Below, piece by piece: positions 1 through 9,343 of a stretch of DNA of 32,776 nucleotides. The stretch is taken from the NCBI GenBank assembly GCA_045121735.1, contig JBGVGP010000202.1, positions 1-32,776 on the forward strand. The letters run 5' to 3'. The position numbers and the translations under genes are program-made. A model generated the notes under the pieces. The model had not been told where the DNA came from. It made no database searches and worked only from the letters and a program-made list of their open reading frames with translations. Position 1 is the stretch's first letter. Each line of letters begins with the position of its first letter. The DNA comes from Acutalibacteraceae bacterium. Its GTDB lineage: Bacteria > Bacillota > Clostridia > Oscillospirales > Acutalibacteraceae.

Positions 1-170
1 TACATACACTTTTACAACAACGAAAGAATCCAATTAAAAACAAAACTGACTCCGCTTGAAAAACGAAGTCAGTATGTCGCTTAATTAAATATTTCTGCCA
101 GGGGGCTTTTTTGTGCTGTCCGCACAATTTGGGGCAGTTCACTGATGCTACGGGTGCTTTTTTATTTGGA

Positions 171-1094
171 TCATTTCTTTAAAATATCTGATTTCTTTAT
201 TTCAGTATCCAGCTTATCTATTATCTCGTTCAAATAGGCTATATTATCGTGATGAAGTTTGGTGACCCAGAAAGTTTCTGAAAAAAGCAGATAAAAATAA
301 TTTTTAAGCATAAATTTTTCGGAAACAGATTGTTTTGACATATAAGCTTCCAGTATAGGGATTTTTCCGTTATGTACTGCGTTAAGTGCAAAAAGTTCGT
401 ATTCACTGTCGCCCCATATGCTGTTGAATGGATCTAATACACCTATCAGCTCAAAGTCTTTGTTGACTATGAGGTTTCCTGCCCAATAATCACCGTGAAT
501 AATTGTCGGTTTGCTTACAGGCTCATCAAAAATAACGTCATAATTTTCGTAAGCCTTGTTAACATAATCCAGAATATGTTTTGTGATATAGCCTTCCTTT
601 TGCAAAACGTCAGCCTCACGCTTCACCATTTTTACAAAGGGCTTATAGTAATCGTGCCAATCATCAAATTCAGGTGACAATAAATCTCCGTATTTTTCAC
701 CTTTGACGGACTGCAGCTTAATAATGTTATCTGCAATTTCCCCAGCAACCTTTTTACGGTTTTCTTCAGAAGCCTCCAAAACATAATCGGACAGGCAGTT
801 GACACCGTCAAAATATTCCATAACAACAAAGTATTGATTATCAATTGTAGTGTCGAAATAAATCTCAGGCAGCTTTATGTCTGCATATTGTTGTATGTAT
901 TTTATGTACTTGCACTCTTTTTCAAGTAAATCCTTGTCTTTTGTTGTTTTTATTGCCACCACAAACGGACTTTTGTCAAGCACTGTTCTGTAAACCATAC
1001 CGCCGGCGACTCCGCCGCCTATCTGGCTGAATTCGGTCAACTGTGCATCAAAAGCAGCTTTGACAACTCCGGACAAAGCCTTTTTAATTTCCAT
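171..1094 (-). CDS. Fructosamine-kinase / APH-superfamily phosphotransferase
   Basis: 307-aa ORF. Has a kinase-like catalytic loop IIHGDYWAGNLIV (HGDxWxGN, fructosamine-kinase family style). A DPF..WGDSEYE metal-binding segment follows, and a glycine-rich N-terminal stretch GGGVAGG is present. Confidence 0.7.
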   Translation of the reverse strand: MEIKKALSGVVKAAFDAQLTEFSQIGGGVAGGMVYRTVLDKSPFVVAIKTTKDKDLLEKECKYIKYIQQYADIKLPEIYFDTTIDNQYFVVMEYFDGVNCLSDYVLEASEENRKKVAGEIADNIIKLQSVKGEKYGDLLSPEFDDWHDYYKPFVKMVKREADVLQKEGYITKHILDYVNKAYENYDVIFDEPVSKPTIIHGDYWAGNLIVNKDFELIGVLDPFNSIWGDSEYELFALNAVHNGKIPILEAYMSKQSVSEKFMLKNYFYLLFSETFWVTKLHHDNIAYLNEIIDKLDTEIKKSDILKK

Positions 1095-1210
1095 AGTCTG
1101 TCTCCGTAAATCTCTGTTTGTAAATTTTATTTTTTTGCCGGTATCGGGGCATTACCCTCAAAGCAAGCAAAAAACTTTTTTCTGTACTCAATGGGTGCCC
1201 CCCTCGGCCC

Positions 1211-3001
1211 TTACTTATACTTCTCTGCCTGCAGATTAAACATATAAGCATAGGTGCCGCCGAGCTTCATAAGCTCACTGTGGCTGCCGCTTTCGATTAT
1301 TCTGCCCTTTTCCATAACGTAAATTCTGTCAGCGTGGACCGTTGTGGAAAGACGGTGAGAGATAAATATAACCGTCTTGTTGTCTGAGGCCTCACTCATT
1401 GCTCTGTTGAGGTTATATTCTGCAACAGGGTCAAGGTTTGCTGAGGGCTCGTCAAGAATAACGTAGGGGCAATTCTTATAAAAGGCACGGGCAATGGCAA
1501 CCTTCTGACTTTCACCGCCCGAAAGCATTATGCCCTCATCGTCAAACTCGCGAAGAAGCTCAGTTTCAGTGCCGTTTTTAAGCTTTTTGCCAAAGCCGCT
1601 GTGACCGAGTGCATCCTTTACACGCTCTTTATCATAGCTCTTGTCAAGGGCAACATTTTCACCCACATTGCAGGAGAAAAGCTGAAAATCCTGGAACACT
1701 GCCGCAAAACGGTCACGGTGCGAATCAACTGTACAGTCTCTTATATCCTCACCGTCAACCAGAATTCTGCCCTCGGTGGGGTCATAAAGGCGAAGAATCA
1801 GGTTGGTAAGTGTAGTTTTACCCGCACCGTTATAGCCTACAAGGGCAATTTTTTCGTGGGGCTTTATTGTAAGGTTAATATCTTCAAGGGTAGGCTTATC
1901 GTTGCCGGGATAGGTAAAGGAAAGGTTTTCGATTTTGATTTCCTTTGGCTCGCCCTTTTCGGCAACCCTTTCACCGTCACTGATTTTGAATTCAGCCTTA
2001 AGGAATTCACGGTACTTTTCTATCATTTTACCTCTTTCGGAGAAAACGGCAACAGCCCACACTGTAAGGAAGTTTATTGAAACGGCAATTGAGGTTGCAC
2101 CGTTAAAGGCGGCAACAAAGTCACCTGCCGAAAGGCTCTTTTTAACAAGCACGCAGTAGCCAAGGTAAAGAGGAAGCATAAACATAAAGCCGAAAATCTG
2201 TATTCCGCTTTCCTGAAGCATATAGTAGCCTGTTATTTTTTTGAAGTATTTTTTCTGGTTTGCAATAACATCGTCTGCCGCATCGTTGTAGCGCTCAATA
2301 AGAAGGGGAGAGATGTCATTCATTCTAACCTCCTTGCAGTAATCCTGAAGGTAGAAGATACGCTGAAAATAGTCGCTTCTTCTGTGGAAGCGTGTGTTGT
2401 CAATTCTTCTTCCCATCTGCAGGTTGCCTATCTTTTTGCTGATAGGGGAGAACACGCCTATAAAAAACAGAATAATCACAAGGCACATCGGGTCAATTGA
2501 AATAAGCACCGAGCCGATAGAAATAAGAAGTATGATGTTACCTACATAGTTACGCACAAGACCTAAAAGGTTCTGTATGTTATCCGAGGAGGACTCAATT
2601 GTAAGAATAAAGTTGTTGTAGAATTCGGGGTTATCGTAGCTTTCCTCGTCAAGCTGACGTGCCTTTTTATAAAGCTTTTTGTTAAGCCCGTAGTAAACCT
2701 TTTCCTTTTCAACGTTCCAGAAGAACTCCCTGAAAAACCAGGTAAAGGCATTGCTGAAAATTATTACTGCGGCAATTACGCCGACGGCAATAAAAATTGT
2801 TTCAAGGTTTTCGCCCGACTCAACGGTATCAATGATATACTTTGCGCCTATTACGCTTATAAGTCTTGAGGGCACGTGAGTCATTATACCCCATGCAAAT
2901 TCACCTATTACGAGCCAAGGGGATACCTCAAAAAGAAGCTTTACAAAAAAGAGAATATTAGAAAGCATGGAGTGAGTATTCTTAATCTTTTCTTTTTTCA
3001 T
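1211..3001 (-). CDS. ABC exporter, fused permease/ATPase subunit (heterodimer partner 2)
   Basis: 596 aa. N-terminal multi-TM domain, then Walker A GYNGAGKTT, signature LSGGESQ and Walker B VILDEPSANLD. Start overlaps the stop of the upstream paralog by 1 nt. Confidence 0.9.
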   Translation of the reverse strand: MKKEKIKNTHSMLSNILFFVKLLFEVSPWLVIGEFAWGIMTHVPSRLISVIGAKYIIDTVESGENLETIFIAVGVIAAVIIFSNAFTWFFREFFWNVEKEKVYYGLNKKLYKKARQLDEESYDNPEFYNNFILTIESSSDNIQNLLGLVRNYVGNIILLISIGSVLISIDPMCLVIILFFIGVFSPISKKIGNLQMGRRIDNTRFHRRSDYFQRIFYLQDYCKEVRMNDISPLLIERYNDAADDVIANQKKYFKKITGYYMLQESGIQIFGFMFMLPLYLGYCVLVKKSLSAGDFVAAFNGATSIAVSINFLTVWAVAVFSERGKMIEKYREFLKAEFKISDGERVAEKGEPKEIKIENLSFTYPGNDKPTLEDINLTIKPHEKIALVGYNGAGKTTLTNLILRLYDPTEGRILVDGEDIRDCTVDSHRDRFAAVFQDFQLFSCNVGENVALDKSYDKERVKDALGHSGFGKKLKNGTETELLREFDDEGIMLSGGESQKVAIARAFYKNCPYVILDEPSANLDPVAEYNLNRAMSEASDNKTVIFISHRLSTTVHADRIYVMEKGRIIESGSHSELMKLGGTYAYMFNLQAEKYK

Positions 3002-4818
3002 TACTCTTCCTCCTTCGCTTTGTTGTAGCTTGAAGCCTGAAGGGTAAACATTTTACTGTAAACGCCACCCTTTTCCATAAGCTCAGCGTGGCTTCCCTGC
3101 TCGGCAATTCTGCCGCCGTCAAGCACAAGAATTCTGTCCGAAAGCACGGCACTTGAAAGTCGGTGGGATATGTAAAGCACGGTTTTGCCCCTTGTTACAT
3201 TAATAAGGCTTTCATACATTTTGTACTCTGCAATGGGGTCAAGGGCAGAGGAGGGCTCATCGAGAACTGCAAATTCAAAATCCTTTGCAAAAAGACGGGC
3301 AACGGAAAGCTTCTGATTTTCCCCGCCGGAAAGACCTATGCCGTCCTTTTCAAATTCACGGGTAAGCACAGTGTCACCCTTTTCGGGGAAGGAGGATATT
3401 TTCTCCCACGCACCGCTTTGCTTAAGGGCAATTTCTGCCTTTTTCTTCTCTTCCTCGTCACATTCGTGACACATAAGATTTTCATTGACGGTAAGAGCAA
3501 AGTTTTTATAATCCTGGAACACTGCGCCGAAAATTCTGCGAAGTGAATTAAGCTCGTATTCCTTTATATTTTTTCCGTTGAGGATAATTTCACCCTCAGT
3601 TACATCGTAAAAACGAAGAAGCAGCTTTACAAGGGTGCTTTTACCTGCACCGTTGACACCTACAAGGGCAAGGGTTTCTCCTGCATTTATCTTAAAGCTT
3701 ACGTTTTCAAGAGTAAATTTATCTGCCGAGGGATATTTGAAGTAAACGCTTCTGAATTCAAGGCTTTCAAAGCCCTCACAAATTTCACTGCCGTTTTCAA
3801 CGTTGCTTTCAAAATCGAGGAATTCCTTCATATTCTGGAAATAGAAGGCAAAGCGGCTCATCATTTCAAAGCTTTGTGCAATGCTCAGTGTTGCCTCCTT
3901 GACGGAGTTAATTGAAGAAAGCACAACGGAAAAAGCAGAAACAGTGAGGCTTTTTGTGAAAACAAACTGATATGCCGCAAGGGCATAGGTGCCTATAATA
4001 GGAATAAACTCACCGAAAAGGCTGCTTACCGCACTGTAAAGGAAAAGCTTGAGACCGTAGGCACGGAGAATACGGATATTGGAATCAATAGCCTGCCTGA
4101 AGCGATACATCAGCACGGAGAAAATATTCGAGGTGCGCATATCCTTTGAAAAATCCTTAAGGAAAACCGTACGCTGAATGTATGCCTTGATACGGTTATT
4201 GGTTGTCATTTCCTTATCTCTTTTGTAAACGACTCTGCTTTTATAAACCTCTACAACAAAAACAAGCGCCGAGGGTAAAAGGAGAAGAAGATATCTCTTG
4301 TCAATTGTTGTAACCGTACCTATAACAAGCATAAGCGCAATAATTGAAGAGATTATAGTTGCAACTGCCGAGCAGGAGGAATCAAAAAGACTCCAAGCAA
4401 GCACCTCTGTTGCACGCTGATACTTATCGTAGAATGCGGGGTCCTCGTAGCAGGCCACATCAAGAGAAACTGCCTTTTTGAAAATCCTGTTATTTATCTG
4501 CTTGAGCACGTTTTTGGTTGCCGCCTGACGCATATAGGAGCAATACCAGTTGACGCCCTTAAGCACAACGGAAAGCACAAGAAACAGCACAAGATTTTTA
4601 AAATACTCTTCAAAGGAGCCGTTTGCATCAATTATTCCTAAAAGGACACGCAGAAAAAGAATATTCTGCACAAAAAGGGCAAACACACGGTCTGCTACCA
4701 TATTAATAAGGTAGCCTATAAGAAGTCTCTTGTCAGCCTCCCAGCCGAGCTTAAGACCGAAAACCATATTTTTAAAAAGCGGTACACGCTTATGGTCCTT
4801 GAGATAAACTCTTGCCAT
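3001..4818 (-). CDS. ABC exporter, fused permease/ATPase subunit (heterodimer partner 1)
   Basis: 605 aa. TM domain, then Walker A GVNGAGKST, signature LSGGENQ and Walker B AVLDEPSSALD. Translationally coupled to 1211-3001. Confidence 0.9.
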   Translation of the reverse strand: MARVYLKDHKRVPLFKNMVFGLKLGWEADKRLLIGYLINMVADRVFALFVQNILFLRVLLGIIDANGSFEEYFKNLVLFLVLSVVLKGVNWYCSYMRQAATKNVLKQINNRIFKKAVSLDVACYEDPAFYDKYQRATEVLAWSLFDSSCSAVATIISSIIALMLVIGTVTTIDKRYLLLLLPSALVFVVEVYKSRVVYKRDKEMTTNNRIKAYIQRTVFLKDFSKDMRTSNIFSVLMYRFRQAIDSNIRILRAYGLKLFLYSAVSSLFGEFIPIIGTYALAAYQFVFTKSLTVSAFSVVLSSINSVKEATLSIAQSFEMMSRFAFYFQNMKEFLDFESNVENGSEICEGFESLEFRSVYFKYPSADKFTLENVSFKINAGETLALVGVNGAGKSTLVKLLLRFYDVTEGEIILNGKNIKEYELNSLRRIFGAVFQDYKNFALTVNENLMCHECDEEEKKKAEIALKQSGAWEKISSFPEKGDTVLTREFEKDGIGLSGGENQKLSVARLFAKDFEFAVLDEPSSALDPIAEYKMYESLINVTRGKTVLYISHRLSSAVLSDRILVLDGGRIAEQGSHAELMEKGGVYSKMFTLQASSYNKAKEEE

Positions 4819-4854
4819 TGCTGTTCTCCTTTCTTTTTCAGCATATATAGGAAA

Positions 4855-4883
4855 AGTATACTCTACGGGTAATAAAATTGCAA
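4855..4883 (-). promoter_or_regulatory. Sigma-70-like promoter of the ABC exporter operon
   Basis: Minus strand TTGCAA-17 nt-TATACT, about 35 nt upstream of the 4818 start. RBS is AAAGGAGAA. Confidence 0.5.
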
Positions 4884-4886
4884 GAC

Positions 4887-4915
4887 TTGTAATTTTATTT
4901 AATAAATGGTATAAT
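4887..4915 (+). promoter_or_regulatory. Orphan strong promoter on the + strand (no + strand gene downstream)
   Basis: TTGTAA (4887-4892), 17-nt spacer, TGg-TATAAT extended -10 (4907-4915). Points into the hairpin at 4937-4974. Confidence 0.45.
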
Positions 4916-4928
4916 TGTTACAGTAAAA

Positions 4929-4976
4929 TAAAAAAAAGCAGAGTGCATTACGTGGTGTCGTCGTGCGCTCTGCTTT
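4929..4976. terminator. Bidirectional intrinsic terminator hairpin
   Basis: AGCAGAG(t)GC ... GC(g)CTCTGCT stem. An A-run lies 5' (U-run on the minus strand, terminating the 4991-5917 gene). TTTATATTTTT lies 3' on the + strand. Confidence 0.6.
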
Positions 4977-4990
4977 ATATTTTTAAATCA

Positions 4991-5917
4991 TTACTCCTGC
5001 TGAGTATCAAGCCCCTTAAACTCGGCAAGTGAATTATACACCTCAAGCTTAAGTGAAAGCTCGTGAGCAAAATTGATTACAGCTTGCTTGTTTTCGGAAA
5101 AATCAAGGGCTGAAATGTTAGTTTCAAAAAAGCCGATAACCTTACCGAAATTATCCTGCGCCTGCTGTGAATCACCCTTGTCGAAAAGGGTTGTTGCAAA
5201 CTGTGCTAAAAGAAGACGGAGCTTTTCACCGTAAGCAACGGTATCGTCACAAAGATATACAATATACTTCAAAAGCATATCAGGTGTCATAACCTGTACA
5301 CCCTTATCTATAATGTAGCTTAAGCCGTTATGATTATAGGAGATGCTTTCTTCAACGTTGATTTCGAGGTCGCCGAGATATTTTACAAGGCTTACAAACG
5401 CCTTTTCGTCACCTACAAGGTAACGGCTGATTTCCATATCCATATACTCGCTTACGGCAAGCACAAGCTGGCTTACACCGCCGTTACGAAGATGCTCGTC
5501 AAGGCTGCCCTCGATTTCGTTAACCTTGCATACTGCTGTAGGCTCAAGGAAGAATATTTTTGCCTTTTCCGCTTCACTGTCAAGGGAAAGCACAAAAAGA
5601 AGATGCGTTTCACCCTCGGCGTTGTCAAGACCGAAAAGGATGTTGCTTTTTAGCACCCCTCTGTCGGGCATAGTAACTGCCTGCACCTCTGCTGAGCTTA
5701 CCGGCTCAGTTATCTGTGTAGCCTGCTGGGTACTGCTGTTTTCGCCCTCGAGTATAATCGCCGCAACGGAAGCAGAAGCAAGAAGCGCAACTATAAGCAC
5801 AAAGGCCTTTATTATAAATCCGGTGCTCGGTTCGGGAATGCTGCGGAATTTTTCGGCTATTTTATTATAAATTCTTCTTATATCCTCAAAGAGCTCACTT
5901 TCAAAAAACTCTCTCAT
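4991..5917 (-). CDS. Membrane-anchored LytR-CpsA-Psr (LCP)-like protein, apparently degenerate
   Basis: 308 aa with an N-terminal TM anchor. The extracellular domain aligns by eye to the LCP core (NILFGLD...LLFVLSLD...IFFLEPT...GG...YLVGDEKAFVSLVKYLGDLEINV). The conserved Arg positions of LCP enzymes appear substituted. Confidence 0.5.
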   Translation of the reverse strand: MREFFESELFEDIRRIYNKIAEKFRSIPEPSTGFIIKAFVLIVALLASASVAAIILEGENSSTQQATQITEPVSSAEVQAVTMPDRGVLKSNILFGLDNAEGETHLLFVLSLDSEAEKAKIFFLEPTAVCKVNEIEGSLDEHLRNGGVSQLVLAVSEYMDMEISRYLVGDEKAFVSLVKYLGDLEINVEESISYNHNGLSYIIDKGVQVMTPDMLLKYIVYLCDDTVAYGEKLRLLLAQFATTLFDKGDSQQAQDNFGKVIGFFETNISALDFSENKQAVINFAHELSLKLEVYNSLAEFKGLDTQQE

Positions 5918-6050
5918 TTTGTCCTCCGTGAAGTTTTAATAAATAAAAAAATCAGCGCCTGCTGATTGTGCTTCTGTTTACGTAAATATATTAGCATAAA
6001 GGATTTTTCAAGTCAATTGAAAAATCTGTAATATTTATAAATTTTACAAA

Positions 6051-6084
6051 TAAAAAGGACTGCCGCACTCTCGTGCGGCAGTCC
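6051..6084 (-). terminator. Intrinsic terminator of the metallophosphoesterase gene
   Basis: 12-bp stem GGACTGCCGCAC-tctc-GTGCGGCAGTCC followed by a U-run on the minus strand. Confidence 0.75.
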
Positions 6085-6101
6085 GCAAGCTCAAAGCTTA
6101 A

Positions 6102-7064
6102 TTATTTAATATCGAAGGTATATGTATAGCCTTCAAGGTTTACGCCACGTGCAAAGTCTCTTGAGGTGAAGATTACGCTGTCTTCATAAATCTCAACATA
6201 TGCGCCAAGACCGTTCTGAAGATACTTGCCGTAGTCATTTTCCTTACCGAAAGCGGGGAGATTAATTGAATAAACACCGTTTTCAGCGTCGAAAATTTCA
6301 AGTGACTTTTCGTAAACACCGTCATGGAGATGGCCGTTAAGGAAGAATACGTTCTTATGCTTCATAAACACTGCCTTTACTGCCTGTGAATCGGGACCGA
6401 GGTCACCGTTCTTCCATACCTCGGGAAGACCGTGGGTATTTGCAAGTGCCTGGTGACAGATTACGAATGCGGGCTGACCGTTTGCTTCTGCAAGCTCTGC
6501 GTCAATAAAATCAAGCTGCTCCTGTGAAATGCCTGCCTTTTCAAATTCCCAGGTATCTGAACCCATAACGATGAACTTGTAGCCTTCAACCTCATATGAG
6601 TAGTAGGGCTTGTCGATTTCAATGCCGAGATATTCGGAAGCCTTATCCATAATAAGGTTTGTCTGATATTCGTAAGCAAGACGGATATCGTGGTTACCTG
6701 TTGCAAGTAAAACGGGCTTTTTGCCGATTTCGCTGTTTGCAAGTGTTTCCCATGTTACATCGTAGGAGGGGCCGTCACCGAATTCGGAGATGTCACCTGC
6801 GATTACGAGAGCGTCAAAGGGAGTTTCTGCATTGTCAATATCAGCAAGACCGTTTGCAAAAAGGTGGGGCTGGAATGCAGTATCTCTTAAGTGTGTATCT
6901 GCAAGAGCAACAAAGGACATCTTGCAGTTATCGGGGTCAACAAGCTTAATGGGGTTTTCTGTTGAAAGCTGAACTGTACCGCCGAAAAGATTTGTAAATG
7001 CAAAAACAATTGTAAGTATGTTTGTGATTACACCGAGAAGTGAACCGAGAAGTGAAGAAACCAT
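6102..7064 (-). CDS. Membrane-anchored calcineurin-like metallophosphoesterase
   Basis: Motifs ADTH, GDISEFGD, GNHD and GHLHD. I prefer the ATG at 7064 (MVSSLLG...), preceded by AAAGGAGAA, over the track start at 7127. Confidence 0.8.
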   Translation of the reverse strand: MVSSLLGSLLGVITNILTIVFAFTNLFGGTVQLSTENPIKLVDPDNCKMSFVALADTHLRDTAFQPHLFANGLADIDNAETPFDALVIAGDISEFGDGPSYDVTWETLANSEIGKKPVLLATGNHDIRLAYEYQTNLIMDKASEYLGIEIDKPYYSYEVEGYKFIVMGSDTWEFEKAGISQEQLDFIDAELAEANGQPAFVICHQALANTHGLPEVWKNGDLGPDSQAVKAVFMKHKNVFFLNGHLHDGVYEKSLEIFDAENGVYSINLPAFGKENDYGKYLQNGLGAYVEIYEDSVIFTSRDFARGVNLEGYTYTFDIK

Positions 7065-7231
7065 AGCAACTTTCTCCTTTTTAATTATTTGTGAACCTAT
7101 AATAAAATAAAAAGAATAAAAAGTCAATAAGTATAAGGAATTATTACGTAAATTATCTGCTGTGCAAACTGTATAATTAGCATAAAAATGCAGATAATTA
7201 CATTAAAACAACAAAGAAAGAGTGACCGCTT

Positions 7232-7660
7232 ATGACAGATACAGAAAGCTTACTTAAGGAATGTGACGCAGGCACAAAAACTGCCGTAAACTCAATTAAA
7301 GAGGTGCTTGACAATATAAAAAGCGAGCAGCTGCTGACGCTTCTTACCAAAAGTCTTTCCGAGCATGAGGATACAGGCAACGAAATAGCCGCGCTGTTAA
7401 GGGAAATCGGCTGTCAGGGCAAGGACCCCAATCCTATGGCAAGGGTTATGTCCTGGATGAAGATAAATTTCAAGATGCTTGAAAAGGGTGACGATAAAAC
7501 AATTGCCGCACTTATGCTTGACGGCTGCAACATGGGTGTAAAGCAGCTGAGCGCCTATATAAATGAATACGAAAATGCCGACGATAAGTCAAAGAAGCTT
7601 GCAAAAAAGCTTATAAGCTGTGAGGAAAGGCTCGGTAAGGAGCTTAAAAATTATCTTTGA
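7232..7660 (+). CDS. Hypothetical helical protein (142 aa)
   Basis: Clean ORF with coding-like composition. No motif I can name. Confidence 0.5.
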   Translation: MTDTESLLKECDAGTKTAVNSIKEVLDNIKSEQLLTLLTKSLSEHEDTGNEIAALLREIGCQGKDPNPMARVMSWMKINFKMLEKGDDKTIAALMLDGCNMGVKQLSAYINEYENADDKSKKLAKKLISCEERLGKELKNYL

Positions 7661-7679
7661 TAAAATGGAATAAAAGGTA

Positions 7680-7708
7680 TTGATTTTGCCTCTTATTTGA
7701 GGTATAAT
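7680..7708 (+). promoter_or_regulatory. Promoter of tRNA-Thr
   Basis: TTGATT (7680-7685), 17 nt, TATAAT (7703-7708). The tRNA starts 13 nt downstream. Confidence 0.7.
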
Positions 7709-7720
7709 CGGTTGTACCTT

Positions 7721-7796
<76 letters not shown>

Positions 7797-7797
7797 G

Positions 7798-7830
7798 AAA
7801 AATCCTCGTTCTCCGGAACGGGGATTTTTC
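7798..7830 (+). terminator. Intrinsic terminator after tRNA-Thr
   Basis: AAATCCTCGTT ... AACGGGGATTT stem followed by a T-run. Confidence 0.7.
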
Positions 7831-7936
7831 AGTTTCATTAACGCTTAAGCCCTGATTCAAAAAATTCCCGTTGCAAATCGCCCTGCAATATGTTAAAATT
7901 ATAACATACATCAAAGATGTGTAAAGGAGAATGAAT

Positions 7937-8770
7937 ATGAATAAATGCTGGTATGACTATAAAACCGTAATTATCACAGGAGCTTCAAGCGGTATGGGTA
8001 AGGGACTTGCAGAAAGACTTATACGTGACCATAACTGCAAGGTTATCGGTGTTGCCCGTACTGAGTCAAAGCTTGAGGCCTTCAAGCAGGAGCTTGGTAA
8101 TAAGGGTGACTACTTTACATATTATCCCTTTGACGTTTCCGTTAAGGAAAACTGGGAGAGCTTTGCCCTTAAGCTTAAGGAAGAAAATATTCACCCCGAT
8201 ATTCTCATAAACAATGCAGGTATTCTGCCTAAGTTCAACCGTTATTCAAAAATCACTCTTGAGGACGTTAATCACACAATGCAGATTAACTTTTTCTCCT
8301 CGCTTTATGCTATAAATGCGCTTCTTCCCGTTATTCTCAAGTCACCGACCCCCGGTATTGTCAACATTGCTTCCTCTGCCGCACTCTGCTCACTTGCAGG
8401 TACATCAATTTATTCTGCAAGTAAGGGCGCACTCAAAAGCTTTACCGACGCTCTTCGCGAGGAGCACAGAAAGGACTGCTACGTTGGTCTTGTATGCCCC
8501 GGCTTTACAAAAACCGACATCTTCCGCAACCAGGACAAGAGCTCTGACAAGACAATGAAGGCGCTCAATATGGTAAGCACCGACTGCGACAAAATGGTTG
8601 ACCTTATTGAAAAGGGCATATGGAAAAAGAGAGGGGATATGGTCTTCGGCATGGATGCCCACGCTATGAGCATAGGCAACAAGCTTCTCGGCACAACCTG
8701 CTCACGCCTTGCAAGTAAGGTAATTGAAATTGCTGACCTTTCAATTTTCCGTGAGGTTTTCCGCCCGTAA
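7937..8770 (+). CDS. Short-chain dehydrogenase/reductase (SDR) family oxidoreductase
   Basis: TGASSGMGKG cofactor motif, NNAG, and catalytic YSASK. ATG at 7937 has better spacing from AAAGGAGA than 7931. Confidence 0.85.
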   Translation: MNKCWYDYKTVIITGASSGMGKGLAERLIRDHNCKVIGVARTESKLEAFKQELGNKGDYFTYYPFDVSVKENWESFALKLKEENIHPDILINNAGILPKFNRYSKITLEDVNHTMQINFFSSLYAINALLPVILKSPTPGIVNIASSAALCSLAGTSIYSASKGALKSFTDALREEHRKDCYVGLVCPGFTKTDIFRNQDKSSDKTMKALNMVSTDCDKMVDLIEKGIWKKRGDMVFGMDAHAMSIGNKLLGTTCSRLASKVIEIADLSIFREVFRP

Positions 8771-8779
8771 AAAAAGCAG

Positions 8780-8809
8780 TTGACAAAAGCATTTTTCAGG
8801 TGCTATAAT
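8780..8809 (+). promoter_or_regulatory. Promoter of the TPP-riboswitch operon
   Basis: TTGACA (8780-8785), 18 nt, TGc-TATAAT (8801-8809). Confidence 0.7.
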
Positions 8810-8827
8810 ACACACAACATATGAATA

Positions 8828-8904
8828 TTACTAGGGGTGCTGAATTCTTCGGCTGAGATTATACCCATAACCTGATTCGGATAATACCGACGTAGGCTAA
8901 GTAA
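8828..8904 (+). promoter_or_regulatory. TPP (THI-box) riboswitch aptamer
   Basis: Conserved core GGGGTGC ... CTGAGA ... ACCC ... ACCTGAT..GGATAATACC..CGTAGG, closed by a P1 helix TTACT/AGTAA. Confidence 0.85.
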
Positions 8905-8912
8905 CGAGCTTT

Positions 8913-8950
8913 ATTCCACCCTTTTTGTAAAGGGTGGATTTTTTCTTTTC
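8913..8950 (+). terminator. Riboswitch expression-platform terminator
   Basis: TCCACCCTTT-ttgt-AAAGGGTGGA followed by TTTTTTCTTTT. Lies about 95 nt upstream of the first gene. Confidence 0.8.
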
Positions 8951-9043
8951 CGGCGCGCAGAAAGGAAGAAGCCCACAATCTCCACAGTATATTGATATGT
9001 TGAAATATCATCAGGTGAAAATTCACCTTAAGGAGTGTTTGTT

Positions 9044-9343
9044 ATGAACGCAAGTGTAGCAATTCAGGTTTTACCCGATGTACAGAATGATGAGGAGCTT
9101 GTAAGAATTGTTGACGAGGTAATTGCATACATCGCCTCAACAGGCTATAACTATTATGTAGGTCCCTTTGAAACAACAATAGAAGGCGACAGCTACGACA
9201 ATCTCATGGAAATTGTCAAAAACTGTCAGAAGGTGGCAATAAATGCAGGCTGTAAGGCGGTTTCCTCTTACGTAAAAATCTGCTACAAACCGGAAGGCGG
9301 TGTACTGACCATTGACAAAAAGGTATCAAAGCATCACAAATAA
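9044..9343 (+). CDS. MTH1187/YkoF-family small thiamine(-precursor)-binding protein
   Basis: 99 aa starting MNASVAIQVLP... The family assignment rests on size and a ferredoxin-like pattern. First gene behind the TPP riboswitch. ATG at 9044 is preceded by TAAGGAG. Confidence 0.7.
   Translation: MNASVAIQVLPDVQNDEELVRIVDEVIAYIASTGYNYYVGPFETTIEGDSYDNLMEIVKNCQKVAINAGCKAVSSYVKICYKPEGGVLTIDKKVSKHHK

Noticed and set aside
1-170. Left-edge 170 nt with hairpins (ACTGACTCCG...CGAAGTCAGT at about 45-80, and GCACCC... plus a T-run near 150). Considered as the end of an IS or mobile element, or a small RNA.
   Set aside because: There is no transposase, no terminal inverted repeat partner in the window, and no recognisable motif. 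It is most simply the terminator region downstream of the 171-1094 gene. The sequence is truncated, so nothing can be supported.
5940-5970. Short hairpin AATCAGC-aggc-GCTGATT plus a U-run on the minus strand inside the 5' leader of the LCP-like gene, considered as an attenuator or riboswitch terminator.
   Set aside because: The stem is only 7 bp and AT-containing. There is no alternative antiterminator pairing or conserved aptamer-like sequence upstream, and the leader is only about 55 nt. The evidence is insufficient.
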